A DNA stretch of 64,000 nucleotides from the NCBI GenBank assembly GCA_013239625.1, contig MU054117.1:4268677-4332676 (forward strand), read 5' to 3'. Source of the DNA: Lama guanicoe (lineage: Eukaryota). Under the pieces are notes generated by a model. The model was not told where the DNA came from, searched no databases, and saw nothing but the letters and a program-made list of their open reading frames with translations. Position 1 is the first letter of the stretch; the number at the start of each line of letters is the position of its first letter. Below, in pieces: positions 1-13,870 of the stretch. A program made the position numbers and the translations under genes.

Positions 1-440
1 TCCTTTCTGTGTTCCCACCCCGCTTAAGTCTGGGTGCGCTCTGTGGCACCTGAGCGAAAGCGACAGGATGCCAGCTCCACCCTTTAAGAAGATGGGGAGC
101 TTCTGCCTTGGTCCCTTGGAGCTCGGAGCCCCGATAGGAAGTCTGTGCAGAGATGCTGAGAGGACGCAGAAAGGGAAGGGACCAGGCTGGGCCCACGCGG
201 CCGGCCGCCCAACCACGCATCAGGCGAGCGAGGGAAGCCTTACTGGACCCTCCGGTCCAGCTCAACCCCAAGCTAAACAGCACCCAGTGACCCCAGTCAC
301 CACCCCACAGAGCAGAAGGATTACCCAGCCCAGCTCTGCTCGAGTTACTGAGCCAAAATTCATGAGACAGAATAAAATGACTGTGTCTTAAGCTACTAAG
401 TTTGGGCGAGCTTGTCCTGCTGCAGAAGATGATCTGAGCA
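1..440 (+). mobile_element. MaLR LTR (MLT1-type), 5' part truncated by the window edge
   Basis: Ends catgagacagaataaaatgactgtgtcttaagctactaagtttggg..., the typical MLT1 3' end. Confidence 0.6.
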
Positions 441-2593
441 ACAGCGACACCGGATCCTCCGTCTTCCCTATCGTGGCGTCCTTGAGTTGCTGCGCGCAGA
501 GAGGCAGCAAAACATGGGTGAAACACTTACAAGGCAGATGGAGACAAACGCCGCAGAAGACACACAAGACGCTTTGAGGGTCAAAGAAAGGAGATGGCAG
601 ACCCAGCTGAGGAGTCAGGAAAGTGTTTCTTGCAGGAAGCAGCACCTCTGCTGGACTTCAAAAGAAAGGTAACCTCCTTCTCTTGTCTTTTTGTTCTTTA
701 ACAAAATGATGATAATTTAGAGGGAGAGGGAGAACCTCCCCAATCTAACAACTGACGCATAAGCACGGTGTATTTATTTCTTTGAATAAATTTTCCTATG
801 CACTTAGATTTAATTTCAATTACACACTTAACACAGTTCTAGTAAACAACGAAACCAAAACCATAAAAGTATATTAATGTAAAAATTAACTAATATTAAC
901 AGCTTCCTTTCTCTTCCAGCCCCATCACAGAGAGGAAATCCCTATGATAATCTGGATCTGTTTTATGCTGACTCTCCCCACGTATCTACAATCGAACCCC
1001 TTTCTTAACACCCCTGTGATCGTATTTCACTTATTATTCCAAAGTTCGCTTTTCTCATTTACCAGTGTGTCCCAGGTATGTACTTTGCAGGTCAGTTCGT
1101 GGAGGACTGCCTTCATGAATGCATCATATTGCACAGTGGATACGATTCCTAATTTGTGTAGTCACCTCCCTAGTGATGGGCATTTATTTTATCCTCTACA
1201 CATGCCTTAACTCCTTTGATCACACTTCTATTACATTACCTTATAAAGACTTTCAATGAATCAGGCTTGAATAGATCGAGACAAAGACATTCCAAGCCAA
1301 CAAAAGAGTGGAAAAGTTCAAGCTGGATTTAAGAAGGGTTAAAGGGCCTGGTTTTACTTGCATGATTATTTCACTGATGTCCGGCTGCCCTCCAAACATA
1401 ACCTCCGTGAAGGCAGGATACCATCCGAATTACCTGCTATCTTTGAGAGGACGAATGAATGCTGCACCCCTGGGGGACCAGCGTTGACGGCAATGGTGGT
1501 AGGTCTCTGGTGGAGCCCAGGCTGGGGACGGAGCAGCCACAAGGTAACGGGCCTCGGGAGAGGTAACCCAGGCCGGGAATAAAGCCAAAGCCTAAAGGCG
1601 CTGGCTGACCGAAAGGCTTCCCGATCTGGCCCCACAGCTGCAAAAGGCCCTGGGGGCCCAGCCCCAGCAGAGGCCTGGGGGGCCTGTACTCAGTCGGGGA
1701 GGATGAATAACCAGCAGCTGCCCCAGGGCCTTGTTGTGGCAGGAGGGCAGCTGAACCTCCGAGCTGTTCCTGCCCCTCATCCTGGCGGTGTGTCTGGCTG
1801 GGCAAGCTTGAGAATCGGGCTAAAGGGAGTGGGGCCTGTGCATGCCTTTAGGGGGACCAGGAATGGGACCAGGATAAATTCTGACTGTTCCTTGACGGGG
1901 GGCGGACTCTAAATCACTAAAAATAATACCATCTGCCTCGAGGAAAAATGTAACAGGTGTCGAAGGTCAGAGTCCCACCAGAACCCTCAACGCTACCTCC
2001 AACCCACAGCCCTGACGGGGACGCTACACGCATACCCAGGCTGATACCAGACTGCAGGGACTTTGGGGGATGCAGCCTGGCACGTGCCCACCCTGAAACA
2101 CAGAGTGGGGAGGCCCATGGCACGAGACCATGGACACTAAGCTTGGAGGACAAAGGACCTGCCTCCTACCTGAGGCCTTTGCTTCTCCCTGCCCCCACCC
2201 CTCCTTCTCCTCCACTGGGCTCAGGCAGCAGCTTTCCCAGGAAACCCTCCTTAGCCCCCTGCGTCATGAAGGCGGTCTCGCACCTCTCTGATTCCTGGCT
2301 CACTCGCCTGTCTCCCAGCAGACTGCGGGCTTCTGGAGAGCAGGGAGCACACCTGCTGAGCCTGGCACACAGTAGGACCACGATAATGTCCACTGAGTGA
2401 ACAGCCTGGGTCCTGGTCCTTCCTGATGCGAACTGTGTGGCTCCAGGCAAGTCACTATCCCTCTCAGGCCCTTCATCTCTAAAGAGTGAACTGCAGGGGA
2501 CTTCCACTTCCCACTATGACGGAGGAACAGGGACCAGACTGACCCCACCCGGACCAACCAAAACACCCAGACAAAAATCATGAAATAATGGTT

Positions 2594-2936
2594 GCTGTGG
2601 TCTGAATGTTGGTATCCCCCCAAAATGCATACCCTGAAACCCCAAGGCCCAACATGATGGTTCTTAGAAGGGTGACTGGGTCATGAGGGTGGCACCCTCG
2701 TGAATGGGATGAGCACCCTTTTAAAGGACACTCCACGGAGCTCCCCGGCCCCTTCCACCAGGTGAGGACACAGTGAGAAGGGGCCAGCTACGAACCAGGA
2801 AGGGGGCGCTCACCCAGCCACGCTGGTGCCCCGGTCTCAGGCGTCCAGCCTCCAGAACTGTGAGAAACAAAGATCTGTTGTTCTAAGCCACCCAGTCTGT
2901 GGTATTTTGTGACAGTGGCCCAAACAGACTAAGAAA
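2594..2936 (+). mobile_element. MaLR solo LTR (MLT1A-like)
   Basis: tgctgtggtctgaatgtt...ccccaaaat...ccagcctccagaactgtgagaaacaa...taagccacccagtctgtggtattttgt...cagactaaga. Confidence 0.85.
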
Positions 2937-4359
2937 ACAGTTTGTAAGATACTGGACATCAGGCAAGGAAGAGTTCCCGAGAGACAGGCAACAAGCAAGG
3001 CGAGGCCTGCGATGGCTCCGGCTCACGGCCTGGAGGGAGGCTCTGGGCCGAGGGGCAGGAAGAGGGGACGGATGGAGCCCAGCGAAGCCCTGAGTTGAGG
3101 AGGCAGAGTTGTGCGTCTGGGGAGGCCAAGGCAACTGGAGTTCACAGGACAGAGAACCCAGGGGGAAAGCTTCACCAAGAATCCCATAGAAGGGCCTCCT
3201 GAGCACTTGGCAGGGAGGGAGGGACAGCAGGACACTGGGGAAGAAACCCAACTGTAAGGACTGGGACCAGACCGTCTTCTCCCCACCAGCCTGAGTGGAA
3301 CAGCTCGTCACTGGCGGGGCACTGGGCAGAGCCCCCTGGTCCACTCAGAGGTGGGGATCACGAGCCCTCGGCCGAGCACTGCTCCAGACCCGCTGAGTGC
3401 ATCGTTACAGCATCATCCAAGTCTAAGCTTCCGTGGCTTTGGACACCAAATGGAAAAGAAACCTTCGTGCACGGCACGGCCATTTCTAGGCGTCTCCCGC
3501 ATGCCAGGCGCCGAGCCTGGGGGCTGATCCTGCCGAGGGCTGAAGAAATACAGCCACGAGGCTGACCCCTTCCAGACACAGGGTGCTCAGCAAAGTACCC
3601 AGCACTTCCACGGGCCCCATGTCATCAGGGTCCACGAGGACTCTGCAAGCTGCCCGGCTGGTCCCCATGGCTATTTTGCAGATGGGGCAACTGCGACTCC
3701 AGGGGGCGGGGAATTGCCAGCATCAGTGGTGAAACCCGGCCTTGGTACTCAGGCTTCCTGAGCCCCCCAGCCCGGCTCTGTTCTTAAACCTTTGATCCCT
3801 GGAAGGGCTCCATTGTCCCCCAGGAAGGAAACAGCCGGAGCTCCCTTTCAGCCCCCACCAGCCCAGCAGCCCAGGCTCTTCTCTTGTGTTCAGGGGTCCA
3901 GAAAGGGCGCCCCAATCCTCTTTATCATTATTAATACAGTCAGCACTGGCATCGCTAATACTGTTATTCTTGGACATCAGAGAATGAGGAACATGATCAG
4001 AAATGGCAAGACACATGTCAGCCAGCTGTTCCCCATTATGCCCTCCCCGGGTACACGATATGCCTTTCATGTGCTTAAAATCATAAATAATTTTTAAAGT
4101 ATGTTGCTCTTAATTTTTATTCCAGGGCTCAAATGTGGTTCTCATAAAAGCCCGTTCTGGCCTCCTGTCACAGGCTAAGAGGTTTACTGAGATGCCTTCT
4201 TCCCTTACTTCTTTTTTCCCCCAAGTCTCCCCTGGCCGCTTCCCTCTGCAGGGGCCCCGCCATGTGGTCTGAGGGCTAATTGGTTTCCTCCCTGCCTGGG
4301 AATCACGTTCCTTCCCGGGATGCAAGGAAGCAGGGCTATGGTGACGTCTATCATGGGCA

Positions 4360-4440
4360 GATACAGGTTGCTGTCCCCATTTTACAGGTAAAGAAACTGA
4401 GGCACAGAAAGTTTGCCCAGTGTCACACAAACACTAGGAG
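4360..4440. mobile_element. MIR SINE core (representative; other MIR cores near 2410, 13170, 20030, 22410, 26050, 39230, 40760, 49130, 59770)
   Basis: tccccattttacaggtaaagaaactgaggcacagaaag...ttgccca MIR core motif. Confidence 0.7.
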
Positions 4441-6785
4441 AGCCAATGACCCCAAAGACTGAGGAAAAGGTCTAACCATACGAGACACAAACAGTACCAT
4501 CTTGATTATCCATGAGTCCCTCACCCGCAGTGACCTAAGAGGGCCTCTTTCTGCAACTGGTAGGAAGTCAGCAGGAGAGGCACCAACCAGGCATAAAGAT
4601 GGAGACTGAGCCCAGCTGCGAGCACGTGTGTCTCCTGACGCCTCACAGCCCGACAGACACTAATCCAGACTGCCTCGTGCAGTGCATCTGTGCTTTCCCC
4701 TGCTCCTCCGCTCGCTGGATGACGGAGGGTCAACTGGGCTGAAGACAATCATCACACTCACCTGCGCACCTGTAATCTCAAAAGGCTGAGACGCACAGGG
4801 AAGGCAAGCAGGGCAGAAGTGGGCACGGCAGGCAAGCTGGACCAGGGTGGACGCCCCTGGACTGAAGAAGTTACGAGGATGAGAAGCTAAAGATGCATCA
4901 GGGTGCACCCACCATTCCCCTGCCCCGCTGGTGCCTGGGGGGGGGAGGGGGAGAGATGCACGCATGCAGACACGCATGCTCTGACCCTGGACCTGGGGAA
5001 TTCCCTGCATAAGCCCAGTGACCCATGCAAGTGAGGGTTAAACCAGCCACCAATCCAGACGCAAACAGCACCAGGACCTGGTAGGATCAGCTGCATACTA
5101 GAGCCCAGACGGAGACTCGTTGTGCACAGCAAGACCAGGAGCTGACCAATCTCTTCAAACCTACCTGTGCCTCCAGGTCAGTGTCCTGTCTGTCCACAGC
5201 CATGCTGGTTGGAGACAGCGATGCGCTTCCAGAAGGCGCATTCTCTGATGTCTAACTCTGGATTCACTTATGGTTTTTAATTCTGTTTCAGGGTGTCCTC
5301 CACACATGAATGTTTGCTGACTTTAAAAATGTGGGATAGAATCCAAACTACTTACAAGCTAAGGCCCTTCTGAGCTACGCCTCCCACCCCCTGCCATAGC
5401 CTCGGCCACCCGTGCCCACAGTGTCTGTGCTGGCCTGGCCGCCTCCCCGTTCCCCGCACAGGCAGGGCTCTGCTTACCTTGGGGCCGGAGGACGTGTCCT
5501 CCACTCTTCTGGGACGGTCCTCCCCTGCCCTCCCCGCCTGGCAAACTCCTACCCAGCCCCCAGGTCTCAGCTCAGATGGTGCCTTCCTGGAGTCTGTCCT
5601 CCATTGCAATAGGCTTCCTCTGCTCGGCTCTCCATCCATCCAGCTCTTTTCCTTCTGTCGGTGCCTCCCCACTCATAACCAGCTATCTAACTTCTGAATC
5701 TTCACCACGGTGAAGCCACATGGGGCCAGGACCAGTTGTGGTCACCACTGAGTCACCAGCCGTCAGCAGAGTATCTCATACACAGCGATACTCAAGATCT
5801 ATTCACTGGATGGATGGGTGGATAGATGGATGAACAATGTGACCTTTTCTTTTCTTTTTTTTTTTTTAACAATGTGAACTTTTAAAGGGTTAGGACCCCT
5901 ATACACAGCCTGGCCCCATTCGAGGTACAATTAGACTCTTCCTAAATGTCTTTTGGTAATTGAAGGGGCCACTAAGGACCCAGATCAAGATGGCCACTGT
6001 GATGGACACATGGATGCCTGCACTGCCTCATCCTCCTTGCAGATAGCTCTAAGGGATCACGGCACTCCTTCTCAACGCCCTTGGATGGAGCCTCAGAACC
6101 CGTCTCAGCCTCACCCTCCACCAAGCCACCACACATAGGCCAGATCGAGTATAGGGGACCCATTCTTTCTTTCATTAACAAACACTGATTCAGGCCTTGT
6201 TCTCTGTGCTGCCGAGAAGGCAAAACAAAATCCCCACCCCCGAGGAGCTTCACAGTAGCAAGGATACAGACAGCAGAACAGAGATACAGATGCGCGTGGC
6301 TCGGCATCCAGCAGTGGTGCGCGCTGGAGGGAGAAAACGGGAGAAAGGGAGGGAGAGGGAAGGGCCTGCTTCACATGGAGCGGCGGGGACTCTGTCTGAG
6401 GACGAGACTCGGGAGCAGAGACCCCAGTCATGTGGAGGAGTAAGTCCTGCGGCATCTGGAGGTCTCCAGATAGAGGGAGGGGCACGCAAGAGGCCCTGAG
6501 AGGGACCCAGGCCTGGTGTGTTGGAGGATCGTGGGGCTGGGGCGGGCGGGCAGGTGAGGGGTGGCGGGAAGTCAATTTCTGTGTCAGAGGTGACAGATCC
6601 GGTATCCATTTAGAGTCCCTGCATAGACACGGCCATTCCTGGCCCCTCACTGACCAAGAGCCTTTAATGCCATGGCAGGAGTCACATGATTCCCTCAGGT
6701 TCCAGCGTGTCCCCCAGAAGGATGGCTCTAGTCCACGGTGGCATTCTGACGGTGCACCCAGTCCCGGTTCCTGGGGCCCTCATCC

Positions 6786-6977
6786 ACGATGTGCTGGTAA
6801 ACACTCACTTACCACCTGGGCGTGTGGGGTCGGGTTGGAGACTTGTCACCTTCGCTGATTTCTATGGCCTACTTCAATAATCAGTGGTCTAACAACCAGC
6901 TTGCCAAATTTCTAAAAATGTTTCAGATCTCAGGAGCCGTTGATAAAGACGAGCTGTGCCCAGGAGCCCCAGCACCT
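6786..6977. mobile_element. MER63-like hAT DNA transposon remnant
   Basis: gtgctggtaaac...taacaaccagcttgccaaatttctaaaaat...gagcc...ccagcac resembles MER63 termini. Confidence 0.55.
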
Positions 6978-9084
6978 GAAGCTGACTGCCCTGGCCTCCC
7001 CTGCCTCTTCCCTCCTGCCGGCGCCTCCCGTCCACCCAGAGGGGCAGTGGTGGCCAAGTCGGGCCCCCCGCTCCCGCGTCTCCTACTGGGAGAGCAACCA
7101 CACATCCCAGTTGTGGAGAACAGTCCTGGTTTACCACCGCCGCTCTGGCGTAAGGGTGAATAGCTCCTTCACCCTCAAAAGGGCCCACAAAGGATGAAAA
7201 CTCCGCCCACCACCCACCGCCCCCGCTCCCAGCCTCGTCAGCACGGGGTCCAGCACCCAGGCCCCAGCTGGCCCGTCTGGTGTGCGCTACCCCAGTCCAG
7301 CTGGACATGACCCAAGGGTTTGAAAAAGAAAACCATAACTTCCCTTTCGATTTCTTTTTCAATCATTAAGTTTGAAAACAACTTAAGAAAATCAAATTCA
7401 CTTCCCATTACATTTGCATGTTTTTGGCGTCACTGTTTTTGAGCCCTGAGTCAGGCCTGTCTGTAAACAGCCCGCACTCGGTCTGCCAGGCCTGTGGTCG
7501 GCCAGGTTCACATGCACATCTAGAAGGTTCCACCAGCCGTCTCAGGTTCCGCACTGAAACCACGGCACGGACGTGGCACCCATTCTTTTTTTTTTCTTCC
7601 CTGATTTTTGTAGATGAAAAGCATTACAGAAAACAAACAAAAAAAGAGCAAGTCAAAGCACCGCACACTCTTCCCAGCCTATGTAAATCGCAGTCAAAGA
7701 GCATTCGCCCAGAAAGCCCACAAGGATATCGAATGCAGACCCGCCCCTCTCGGCTGCACCTTGATTAAAAACAAATGCTTGGGAACAGGCAGTGACTGCA
7801 AGCAGGCCCCGCCCACGGCTGACCAGCTCTGGTTCTCGCAAACATCACCCATGGTAATAATAAATAGTTCTGTCCTGAAAGGCATCCTGAGGGCAGGGTA
7901 GACAGTGACCCTTCTCCCGTGACCAAGGACTGACAAGACCTCCATCCTTCCTAAAACTCACGGCGTTTCTCCTGCTTTTTACTGTCTGGTCCTCAGGGAG
8001 GAGTTACTCACTATCAAAATAGCCCCAAAGAGGAATTAAATCACCACTTGATGAAGGATGGAGATGGTCCAGGTGAGGGGGGGAAAGAGTACGACTGTGC
8101 TCCTGAATGTGCATGGACCGCATTACAGCTGTGAGCTTCAGCCCCTGCTATTGTGCTGCAGATCACAGCCCCGAGGTACTGGGACAGCGGGAGCAAAGAA
8201 TCATCTGGCATCCATTGATCAATCCGTGTACTCTGGGAAATTTCACCCTGGTTTAAATCATCCTAGACAAGGAGAGGCAATGCATTAATATTTTTATTCT
8301 GTCATTGCCGTGAACTAGCTCAGCGGCTTACCTAACAGTCCTGGGTTATAGCTTTCCTGTCCGTAAAGTAAGGAGGTTGGACCCTACAGTCTCTGTCGTA
8401 GCTTTAAAATGCTGTGGCCCACATGTCAGCCAAGTGACAACCGGTGAATTTGTTAATTCCGTCCCCCTGCTACTGACGTTAGCCGGGGACAGACAGCCCT
8501 TGGGGTCACTCACACTCTGACGGTGTCCAAACATCTAAGGGCAGAAATGTCCTATGTCGGCCGCCTCCCCAAGCTGTGCCTTAAATGAGGTAGTACACTT
8601 AGCCTGTGGGAGCCTCATCCGGGCTGCCCTCGGTCCTGAGCCTGGCAACATCACTGGGCTTTCTCTGCGTCTGCACGTGCTGAACTGGTCTGCACCAAGC
8701 CCCCTGACTTAGGCTTCTGTCCCAAGGTCAGTACTTGACCCCTCTTCCAGGGCTTGAGCCTCTTCAGATGCTTTAAATATTTGCCTCTGGTCCCAGAATG
8801 ATTTCCCCGTCCTCCCTCCACTCACAATGAACAATAAAAAACTCACTTCCCTCACAGACCCTCCTTTATTCCTTTAACTAAACTGAACCCACCTTTTCTG
8901 GATTCTTCTGACCTACAGTCAGTATTTTCCTTACTTGTTAGTTTTTCTCTAACCACTTTGGTTTCCTTACTCTTGAGTCTCTAAACGCACTGTAAGCCCC
9001 CGGGAGCAGGAACTAGAGTTTGTCTCCTGTGCAGTCCCTGCAGACTTGAGTATGGTGTTACATACACAACAGACGCTCAGCAGA

Positions 9085-9528
9085 GTGTGCTCGTGTCCTA
9101 GGTCTTCCGTAACAAACTGCCACAAGCTGGGCGGCTTGAAACAACAGGAGTTTACGCTCACGCAGTTGTGAAAGCCACAAGGCTGACCCAGAGATGTCAG
9201 CGGGGCTGTGTGCCCTCGAAGGCTCTAGGGGAGAAGGCCTTCTTGCCTCTTCCAGCCTTTGATGGCCCCAGACATTCCCCGGCCTGGGGCCACGTCAGTC
9301 TGGTCTCCACCTGTCTCCCCAGGGTGACTGTGCATCTCAAACCTCTTTCTCCTGTAAGGACCCCTGTCATTGGCCTTGAGCCTGCCCGAAGTCCAGGATG
9401 ACCTCTCCTCAAGATCCTTAACTGATTATATCTGCAAAGACCCTTTTTCCAAATAAGATCAAGTTCACCAATCCCAGGGTTAGGATCTGGACATAACTTT
9501 TTTTGGACACCTCTATTCAACCCGCTGT
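9085..9528 (-). mobile_element. MaLR solo LTR (MLT1B/C-like)
   Basis: gtaacaaactgccacaagctgggcggcttgaaacaacaggagttta...gaaggctctaggggagaa...tctgcaaagaccctttttccaaataag...ctattcaaccc. Confidence 0.82.
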
Positions 9529-9561
9529 GAAGAAGATTATAGGCCTTCAAAGTACAGGCCT

Positions 9562-10056
9562 TGTGAGGATTAATTTCATACGTCAACCGGGCTGGGCCAG
9601 GGGATGCCGAGATATTTGGTCAGATGTTATTCTGGGTCTGTCTGTGAGGGTGTTTTCAGATGACAGTAACATCCAGATGGACAGACTGAGTGAGGGAGAT
9701 GGTCTCTGTAGTGTGGGTGGGCCTTGTCCAATCAGTTGAAGGACTAAAGAGACTAAAAGGCCTGAGCCTCCTGCAAGTGAGAGGAACGCCTCCTGCCTGC
9801 GGGCCGTGACCTGGGATGTCAGACTTTTCCTATCTTCAAGTTCAAACCGGAACACCAGCTCTTCTTGGACCTCAAGCTGGCCGGCATTTGGACCTGGAAC
9901 CTACACCAGGAGCTCTCCTGGGTCTCCAGCTGCAGACCAGGGACTCCCCAGGCTGCACACTCTCTTCGGCCGATTCCTCATAATACATACATCTAATGTA
10001 CACGTAGCACGTGTATCCTGCTGGGTCTGTTTCTCTAGAGAAACCTGACTAATACC
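9562..10056 (+). mobile_element. ERVL solo LTR (MLT2-like), apparently full length
   Basis: tgtgaggattaatttcatacgtcaacc...ccaatcagttgaagg...tctgtttctctagagaaacctgactaatac. Putative 5-bp TSD ggcct / agcct. Confidence 0.85.
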
Positions 10057-13000
10057 AGCCTCAAATCTGGGTAACTGGGACTGAGGAAGTGCTCTGGCCC
10101 TGGCCTGGCTGACTGCCCCTTGAAGCTGCGTGGGCACCATCAGCTGGGAGCTTTTGCAAGAGCCACAGTTCCAAGTCAGAATCTCTAGAGAGGCAGTAAT
10201 AGGTATCTGAGAACAACTTCCAATAATTTACAAAGCTTGATGGAATTAATATTTTCCTCCGAAGGGGCCACTCAGGCTAACCAAAATGTCAAGTTTTGTG
10301 CTCTTTAACTGGAATTATATTAGTTCAGTGTGGTAACACTGATTTTCTCACACTCAGAAAATTCATAACGGCAGTTAAATGTGTTTCCAGTTCATGAAAA
10401 TGAGATGAAATATTCCTTTATAAATGCAGTCTAGTAGATTAAAAACTATTTCCAGACACGGAGTCCATGGAGAGAATTAAAGCATAAACAGCACTTCTGC
10501 TCTCAGCTTTATCTTTGAATCAAGTTAGCTCACCAGAAATTCGCCTACATGACTTGGTAGAATGACCCTCCCTGAACTAAACATTACATTCTCGGTTTTT
10601 ATCCAAAATCAGCATAAGAAATGGCCACAGAAAGAATATGCCAGCACCTTACACGAACACACTACTGAAAATATGTCCCTTATATTGTTCACATCCTTTA
10701 CAGAAAATTACACTTAAGCAAACTTAATTTAGAAAAAAGTCCGCCTGCTCTGAGCAAACAGATGCTTATATCTGCAGATTATGTAAGTTGTGGTCCTTTC
10801 TGCCTTGGCTGCCAGGGAGTTCAGAATGAATTTGTCTCACTTGCATCAATCGCCCTTATTTTTTATTCTCACGGTCATTATTTCTCCCGCACTCCACCAA
10901 TTCCATGATTCTTTTTCATCTGTCCATTTTCAGAAATGATCCATCTGTACTTGTGCTTTTGGTTGTAATCCATCTCAAGTCCTGTTTGGGGAAATAGGCT
11001 AAGATATGAATCAACTAACCCAGATTGACGGGGGAGGGGGCGGAGCAGTGGGAGAACGCCAGGTCTCCACCTGACACACCTGCTGTCCGCCCTCCGAGCT
11101 CTCCCTCCTGTGCCGCGGAGCCCGAGCCGTCTCCCCGCTGCCCCTCCCGGTGACTGCAGCACAGACCTCGCACATGGAGCCATTATGTTTACGGACGCCC
11201 CAAGGACCGACGCTCGAGGAAACAGAAATCCCCCAGCACATAGTCCAGAAGCCATCTGTTTCTGCCTCTCCAGCAATCCCATGTCTGGGCTGCTGGCCGC
11301 CTTGGCAGACTTCAGGAATGGGGCCCACGGCTGCAGATGCGAGCTGTGAAGGGAACCCGAAGGAGGAGCCGCCCCGGTCTGGTGCCAGCTATGCGCCCTC
11401 GACACACTGCCCACAAAGGACAATACCGACAGCAGTAATCATACGGGTCGTGCCTCTACGCTAGGCATCTAAACACACAGTCACGGCTCCTTATAGCAGC
11501 CCTCCACGACATTCCTTACTCCCGGCGGAGATGGGGCGCTCGGAGCCTGCTCTCCCGAAAAGGCACTGGTGGAGGTGGACCGCATCTGCTTGCATGCGAA
11601 GGACTCGTAAGCTCAAGTCCTTACAGGCTCCTGGGAACAGCAAATGTGGATCCTGACGAAAGCTTTGGCAGATTGGACAGAAGGTACTTTCACCCCACCT
11701 CAGGCACGTCATTTCTGCTGAATTTCGTGGACTCTGCCTGGATTAACAAGACTTCATTAACAGGACAAGAAGGGACTCCGTTACCTCCCCCTGGACCATT
11801 CCCACCTGTGTCTCCTGGAGGCAGCACTTGGAGAATAAGTGAGTGTCGGCGGGGAGCATGGCAGGAGGGGGGTGTTCGTTCACATACGTAAAAAAGTGAA
11901 TGAGAAATAAACATAGACGTTGACCACCATCTACAAGGGTCACCTTGGTCATGAGCAGAGGTGCGAAAGCACCTACTTCAAACCTTCTCAGGCTGCTCGG
12001 GGCCAAAGGCCAGGCCTTCCCGCCCTCTTCCTGTGCATGGATGCTGAAGTGTCCCTCCCAAAACACTGGCTCTTCTGTTGTTGTTTTTGGAAAACAAATG
12101 CTTCCTTCCAAGATTTCCCCTCCCAGTTAATATCTGTGCTCAGGACTCCGTGTCCCTGGACGCATTACTATGGATTTGTCCAGGTTGGAGATCTCGATTT
12201 TGTGTTTTCCTCCCCATCTTCCCGGTCTCTCCGGACCCTGCTGAGTTATGATCCAAACCTCCACTGGCCTTCACCGGCCTAGAGGATGCTAACTGATCCC
12301 ACACCATGCCCCGGTCTTCCTTCACGCTCCCCCTGCCGCCAGGACCTGGCTCTCTGCAAACGTAGTTTATTCTCCTCCCAGTCACTTCACAAGACCATTA
12401 AAAAGAGGCAAAAATGCCACTGGACCTGGTTCTAGCCCCCACAGGTTGCCCTGTCTCGTCCTCACCCCCATGCTCCTTTCCCATCTCAGGAACTGGGTTT
12501 AACCCCCATCGCCACCCCTATAATCAGGTGCTCAGATTAATTTTTACAAGCAAGTGCATACCAAGTTACATCCCCCTCTCGTGGTTATGACACCCTCTGT
12601 GAGGTCAACTATGAGCCACTCCATTCTGTGAATGCAAAAACGATCTGGGGCCACGTGGCCGAACCCACAGAAGGATGCTGGGACGGTCCACCTGGGTGGA
12701 GACCGGGGCCTAGACACTCTGGGGAAAAGTTCTTCCTGTTACTGCTGAAGCCTTGTCGGGCCACCACCTGGCTTTGCTCTCCCCAGACTCCCTGGACCAC
12801 CAAATTCACAGGCAGAACCCGTGCTGTGCGAACGGGTTGCTGTTGGACTCAGTGTTTAACTCGTGCTTGGCTGTCTGGGTGTCTGCCTTCTTCCTGTTGC
12901 CCCTTTGGCTGTAAACTGAGGGCGTGGATTGTTCCTGCTCCTCCAGGGTCTCTGCACACACTCTCTTCCTGTGGGGGCTCCGTCAGTGCCGGCAGCCTAT

Positions 13001-13334
13001 CCAGGCAGGAGGGATGCCGACTGGGGACCTAGGAATTGAGACTATGCATAAAAATACTTGAGAACCCAGAAACAACAGCAAACCCCTGTGTTCCCACAGC
13101 CCTGGTGAAGAACCAGATTCTTAAACCACCACCTCCTAAGAAGAATAGTGCAGGTGTTACCGTGTCCCCAACGTAGATGACAAAACCGAGGCTCTGAAAG
13201 GGGACGTGACATCCCCACATCACACAGCGAAGAAGTGCAGGACCAAGGCTGGAAGTCTGCCCTTCAGAGGGCTCGTCTGATAGATACCATGTCTACCACC
13301 CCATGCTTCCAAAATGAAAAGGGAGGAGGGGAGG

Positions 13335-13870
13335 AAGCGACCTAAGCGTCCATCAGTGGACGAACAGACGAAGATGAGCTCTATTTATACACATGATGGA
13401 GTATTACTCAGCCATGAGAAAGGAAACCCTGCCATTGGCCACAACATGGATGGACCTTGAGCACATCATGCTAATGAGGTAAGTCAGAGAAAGACAAGTA
13501 CCGCAGGTATCACTTACACGTGGACTCTAAAAAGCCAAACTTGTGGAAATAAAGAGAAAATGCTGGTTACCTGGGGCTGGGAGTGCCGGGCTGGGACGGA
13601 TGCTGTTCAAGGCAACACACCTGCAGCAGGTGGTCAATAAGCCCTAGAAAGCAAACCCTCAGTGCAGGGAATACACACTGCACCACAGCCATCCAACCTG
13701 CTGCGACTAGAACTTCCCCTCAAAGAAACGGTAATTACGTAACATGACAGATGCTAATTATCACCACCGAGGCAATCACTTCACAAGTACATAAATGTAG
13801 CCAATTAACGTGTACACCTTAAATTTACACAATGTTACATGCCAAATATATTTAAATTATTTTAAAAAAG
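13335..13870 (+). mobile_element. L1 3' end (L1MA-like)
   Basis: cctaagcgtccatcagtggacga...ggagtattactcagccat...acaacatggatggaccttgag...gtacaccttaaatttacacaatgtta plus an A-rich tail. Confidence 0.8.

Noticed and set aside
4762..4861. Possible cryptic exon (ttcttcag|...CAG|gtgagt, 100 nt, minus strand)
   Set aside because: Frameshifting, with no anoctamin similarity. Such pseudo-exons are expected by chance in long introns.
7236..7258. REST/NRSE-like tcagcacggggtccagcacc
   Set aside because: The central CCnnGGA core is mismatched; too weak to call.
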